Shown: positions 53,901-59,900 of the stretch, piece after piece
How the letters are laid out: each line of letters begins with the position of its first letter
How positions within the stretch are numbered: position 1 is the first letter of the stretch
Assembly: GCA_965649765.1 (NCBI GenBank)
Contig: OZ287751.1
Coordinates: 80,290,001 to 80,354,000 of the forward strand
Reading direction: 5' to 3'
DNA: 64,000 nt
DNA from: Bispira polyomma
Lineage: Eukaryota
Made by a program: the position numbers and the translations under genes
The notes under the pieces: model-generated
The model's database searches: none
What the model was told of the DNA's origin: nothing
The model's input: only the letters and a program-made list of their open reading frames with translations

Positions 53901-56900
53901 AACGTGCTTTATTGATGCTAGGCATCTTCTAAAGCGCAACAGCAGAATCATTAGTCCAATCATTAAGTCCATGGAAATTGCAGAGTCGTAAGGAAGGAAG
54001 TGGGAGCGTGCACGAGGAAAACTAAGGTGGGTAGGCAAGATTAAAAAGATAGGTTTTAAGCTTTTTCCTAAAACCGATAAGTGTGTCAACTGATCTGAGG
54101 TCAACTGGGAGACTGTTCCATAACCGTGGAGCTGCGGTGGAGAACGCTCTGAAACCCGCCCTTCTGATTGGTCTGACCGAAGTGACAGAGAGTCTGTTGC
54201 CTCTCTTGCGGTTACTAAAGGAAAGAAGGGAGGCAAGGTAGGGTGGCTGTTGAGTGATTACAGCCTTAAAAGTGGTAACATGAATTTTAAACAAAATTCG
54301 AGATTTAATGGGCAGCCAGTGTAATTTTTTGAGGTAAGGAGTGACGTCTGTGCGACAATCCAGGCGAAAAATGACCCTACATAGGTAGTTTTGGATGGAC
54401 TGGAGCTTTTTAATGTTTGACTTATTTGCTTCGTACAAGAGAGAATTGCAGTAGTCGAGGCGGCTACTTACAAGGGCATTTGCCACAATTATCGCTGTGT
54501 CCATGGACAAGTGGTTTCTGATTCTTTTGATGTCGCGTATGTGGTAATAGCAGGAGCGACAGATGTTGGCAACATGAGTATCGAACGAAAAAGCTGAATC
54601 AAAAGTGACACCCAGGTTTTTAGCATTTTCGGAAGGTAGTATTAACACCTCAAAAAGGTATTTCATTTTCCTTCAGTAGCTCGAATTAGCAACATGTTCA
54701 GGGGAGTAGCCAGGATTTTTCATCTGGTACTCCCAAATTAAAATTAAATCAATATATTAGGTCCTTTTTTGTCCTACAAAAAATTAAATTCGTAGGGGGG
54801 AGGGGGGGGGGGGGGCGTTATGTGAGGCAACAACATAATAAACTTGAGGAGTACCAAATTTTTTTTTTGAACAACAGGAATCTATGTTAAAATAAAATGA
54901 ATTTTTTTTTTTTTTTTTTTTTTTTTTCAAATATTTTTTTTGGGGTTTTTAATTTTTTTTTTCTTTCTTGTCATTAAATTGGTAAGCCTGGGCGTACTGG
55001 CGTTAATGGTAGCTACACCCCTGCAAATCCTGGTCATTACCACTCGGCGAACCTTGAAACCTCTAAATTTCCCCAAGAAACATTTATAAAGGGGCTGGAA
55101 GCATGTATCAGTTTTTATTGTTCAGTCAAGTGAAAGAGATGGTTCCACATGGGTTAATAGATATTGCAAGAGGTCTGCAAGGTTTAGTTGGCTACATGCA
55201 ACTTCAAGTAATGTATATTATAGACACTAAAGGAAGAAAAGTCAGAGAATCCACATGTTCAAGGAAAGGTGGGTAGAAGAGGAGGAGCAAGATGTAGATT
55301 CTGGATCAGACTATGGCTAAGGGAAGAGAACAAGGTCATTATACAGCACTTGTGCCACGCATGGAGGTTCAAGATCTCCAGTCTTACAGGAATTTATTGA
55401 GGATCCCCTGGAATTATTCCAGGAAATGGAGAGGAGGGTGGAGCACAGGATACAGAAACAGACCACCTGGTTCTAGAAACGACTGTCCCCTGGACTCAAG
55501 ATAGCTATCCTTTGAAACATTTAGCAACTAGGGGGCCATACACATCACTGCAACACTCTTTAGTGGTGTGCAGGTCAAGCATCACCACGTTTATGCCACA
55601 GGTTTGCCAGGCAATCATAGATGAGTTCCAGGAAGAATTTCTGTCATGCCCCACCACCCCAGAGGACTGAAAGAAGGTTTGAGTCTGTCTTCAGGAACAC
55701 ATGCAATGTACTAAATGCCCTGGGGCCATAGATGGGCAACATACTGCCATTCAACGTTCAAGAAAAGAGGGGCAGTAAATATTTAAACTACAAAGGCTTC
55801 CACTCCATGGTGATGCTGGCCTTAGTGAATGCAGAATACAGGTTCCTGTGGGTCAACATGGGATCTAGTGGGTTCAGCTCAGATTCCCAGATATTCATTA
55901 GGTCAGAACTGAAAAAGAAGATAGAAGATCGGTCCATCAACTTCCCCCTCCTGAAGCCATAAACCCTTTCAGGCACCCCATCCCCCACTTCATCCTTGAG
56001 ATGGTGCCTCTGCACTGAAGATCTTGCTCATGAAACCCTTCTCCAGATGAGGGATGTACCCGAATTAGCGGATTAACAACTACAAGATTTCCGGAGGGAG
56101 AAGGGTAGTAGAGAACTTTGAACTGAGGTAATGGGCTCTACTCTCTACTATGCAGCAAGAACCACCAGTGGTAAAAACCGTAACCCTAGCCTGTGTCGTC
56201 CTACACAAGTGATGAGAACCGCTACTAAAATAAACCAGGCAATGTAGCACCAAAATCCAGAAGACGACCCACCCATTCCACAGGAAGCACTTGCAGGAGA
56301 TAATATCCCACATGTCAATAGGAATCTTAGCGGGGGAGCCAAGCAATAGAGAGAGATACTCATAGGCTAATAGTACATGGAGTATGAACCAATCGGTCCT
56401 TGTGACGACCAACCAAAAAAGGCCCTTTTCAGGGCCACCCAAAACTTCCAAAAACAATATCTAAGCTTTTCTTCTTGGTTACCCAAATTTTTTTACAGAA
56501 AGCCCCCGTGACAAGAATCAAACTGGCCCCACAAATGACTTTACTTAAGCCCCTGTCACACTATGCCGACCGATCAGGAGGAGACCCCGATAATGCGGTC
56601 GGGAGCAATCTTTAACATTTTGCCCCAATTTTGGAAAAAAGGGCGGGAAATTTTACGTCTCACGACTATAATCGTAATGGTTCCCGAGTCTTATGATAGA
56701 TCAGGAACAAGGCCCGATAGATGGGGACAGATCGGGAATTTTTCCAAGAAATGGAGAGGAGGGTGGCCCCCAGGACTGCAAAAAACACGACCTGTAACCG
56801 CACGGCACTCTCACCTGGACTGAAGATTGCAATAACTTAAAGACATTTGGCGACTGGGGAGTCATACACCTCACTTCAGTACACATTTCGGGTGAGGAGG

Positions 56901-59900
56901 TCAACCATCACCACGTTTGTTCCCGAGGTTTGCCAGGCAATTACCAACAAATTCCAGGTGGAATTCCTCTGCTGCCCCACCACCCCAGAGGACTGGAAGA
57001 AGGTCGCAGCTGTTAACAGAGACAACTGGCAAGTCCCCAATGCCCTGGGGGCCATAGATGGCAAACACATAGCAATGATATGTCCAAGAAAGGGGGGAGT
57101 GAGTTCTACAACTACAAGGGATTCCACTCCATTGTTATGCTGGCCCTGGTGGATGCTGAGTACCACTTCATGTAGGTGGACCTGGGTTCCATTGGCTCCT
57201 GGTCTGATTCACAGATTTTCAACCAATCTGAATTGAAGGAAAATATTGAGGACCAGTCTATCAACTACCCCCTACCTGAACCCATAAGCCCTGGTAGGCC
57301 CCCCTCCCCCTACTTCATCATGGGAGACGACGCATTTGCCTTAAAGACCTGGATGATGAAACCCTTCTCCAGACGAGGCCTGGACCCCAACGGATGTTTA
57401 ACTACAGGATATCCCGCGCATAAGGGTGGTGGAGAATGTCTTTGGTATATTAGTGGCCAGGGTTAGACTTTTACTCTCGACGATGCAGCAGGAACCACCT
57501 GTGGTAGCCACCTTAACCCTAGCCTGTGTAGTCCTCCACAACATGCTTAGAAGTAAAATTATCAACCATGGAGGAGACCGCCCAAACCCAGCAGATGACC
57601 TCTCCGTCCCACAGGTTGCACTGATTGCAAATCAACACAACCCAGCCAACATCAGAAATCCTAGCCGAGTAGCTAAGGAACAGAGAGATGCCCTGATGAA
57701 CTACTTCATGAATGAACCATTGCAGAACGACCATGTTTGAAGCCTCCCCTGAGCTTGAGGCAGAAAAAAACAATCGGCCCTTTTTAGGGCCACCCAAAAC
57801 ATCCAAGAACATGTTCTGAGCTTTTGTTACAAAATAAAATAAAACCCAAACCCCTCATTACAAAATACACATTGGCCCCACACAAAAAATCCACAATACA
57901 GAGACAAAGAACAAAACATTATCACCCCCTTACATACTTAATGAAATGAAATTCATAACTGTCTAAACCCTAGTAAGAACTTGTAAACTCCAATCTTAAA
58001 CACCTTTAAGTGGAACTCTCCCCTTTAGTTTTAAAACCAAGGAAATAAGTCTGTCAAATTATTTCTTTTTTTATTTGGACAGCATAAAAATAAATTGCTC
58101 AGTTCTTTAAACTCTGTAAACTGCTTCAAGTAGCACTCTTTTAAGGGGACATTGTCTTAAAAAGACTTCTACTTGGATGGGTTTTCAAATTTAAAGGGGG
58201 TTATATGTGGAAGGGCTTTATATTATAAAGGGGATTATATTTGGAAGGGTTTCATATCATAAAGGGGATTATATTTAGAAGGGCTTTTGTATGTTTGATA
58301 GTTTAGAAATTATTTTCATTTTTTTGTGTGGGGCCAAGTTTATTTTGTTTTGTGTGTGAGTGAGATATATTATTTGTGGGGCCAGCAGGGGAGGAGCCAG
58401 GATTTTTCATTTGGTACTCCCAAATTAAAGCAATATATTATGTTCTTTTTTTGTCTTACCAAAAATTCAATTCATGAGGGGGTGGGACATCAAGGTAATA
58501 TTTTGGTTTAATTGGGGGATACCAATTTTTTTTTATTTAACAAGAGAAATCTATGTTACTACTAAAACAAACAGAATAAAAGGAAGTCTAAATTTATTTT
58601 TTTTCAAATTTTTTTCAAATTTTTTTTTTTTTTTTCAAATTTTTTTTTTGCTTTCTTGTCATTAAATTGGTACGCCTGGGTGTACTGGCATTAATAGTAG
58701 TTACGCCCCTGATGTTATTACTGCAGTATTTTCTGTTTTAAAAATGTAAACATAATCAGAGGCCATTATGAAATGACGGAAGTCATCTGTGGTGATTTTC
58801 TGATTGTCAGCTTTAGAAAATAGTAGTGCTACTGAACTGACAGTTCATTTATTGACTTTATGTGGTGTAATACCTGCAGAACAGTTCTACTATGTTTGCA
58901 CTTCTTGCATTTTAACTCCTTTTGCAATTAAAACCGCAGTATTTGCCCGTGCTGAAAGAAAACACCTGGGGAATAGATTCTGATTACTGGGGGTCTTTTC
59001 ATAATGAACTCCGGTAAGTTTTTTTAAACATACAATTTTGCCGGTTCTGGTACATCTTAAATGTGGAGTGTACTAAATGAACGTAAAACAGTATTATGGG
59101 AGTTTTGACTTCTTTCCACTGAGTGCCAGTAACTGTCAATCTCCAAACTGAAGACAGAGGCTTGAGGATGACTATATATTTAATGTCCCTACGTTCTTAA
59201 CCCGGCACTGGGATAGGCCCCAATATCTGAGGGCTGCCATTTTGAGTAGTTATCTGAACCACTATATACATGTCTATACCTGGTCGCCGCAGGCTGGTAT
59301 CAAAGTCAGGTGCTCTGTGTTCCTAAGCATCATAGGCCATAGTGGCAGACGTCATTCTTACTCTTAAGACCTAATATTAATCAAGTTTTGGATCTTATTG
59401 CTAAAATTTATACACCAGGGCCCGTATTCACAAAGGGACTTAGCCAGGTCTTAAGCTTAAATCTAGCACAAAAGTATACTGAGTTAAGCCTAAGACCTGG
59501 CTAAGTCTTTTCGTGAATACGGGCCCTGGGGCCTTATTCATAAACATTCTTAGAAATTTGTTTGTCTCAGCCAATGGGATTCTTTAAAAAATATTTTCAG
59601 TCAATCAAGTTGATTGAGACAAAAATTTAAGAATAAGAATCTTTGTGAATACCAGCCATAGTTTATGAATGGGAATTTCTTACTTCTCACAACAACAAAA
59701 AAGCTTTATAAAATGAATAGTTTATTATTGTCATTAAAAATCAGCGAGGTTTGATATAATTACATGTAGCATTTTGATTTATTTTATACAATTATAGCCT
59801 TAACTTTTCCATGAATTTCTTGTCGAATTGTTTACTGTATGTAATTTATTTAAAATAGTCATTCATTATGTAAAACAAACCAGCTTTTTATTGTTTTTTT

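Noticed and set aside
56847-57740. Domesticated HARBI1-like host gene
   Set aside because: Frameshifts, in-frame stops and a TIR indicate a transposon relic
54699-58711. LTR retrotransposon (direct terminal repeats with a 5-bp TSD)
   Set aside because: The repeats have their own TIRs, no TG..CA termini or PBS/PPT, and the interior has no gag/pol
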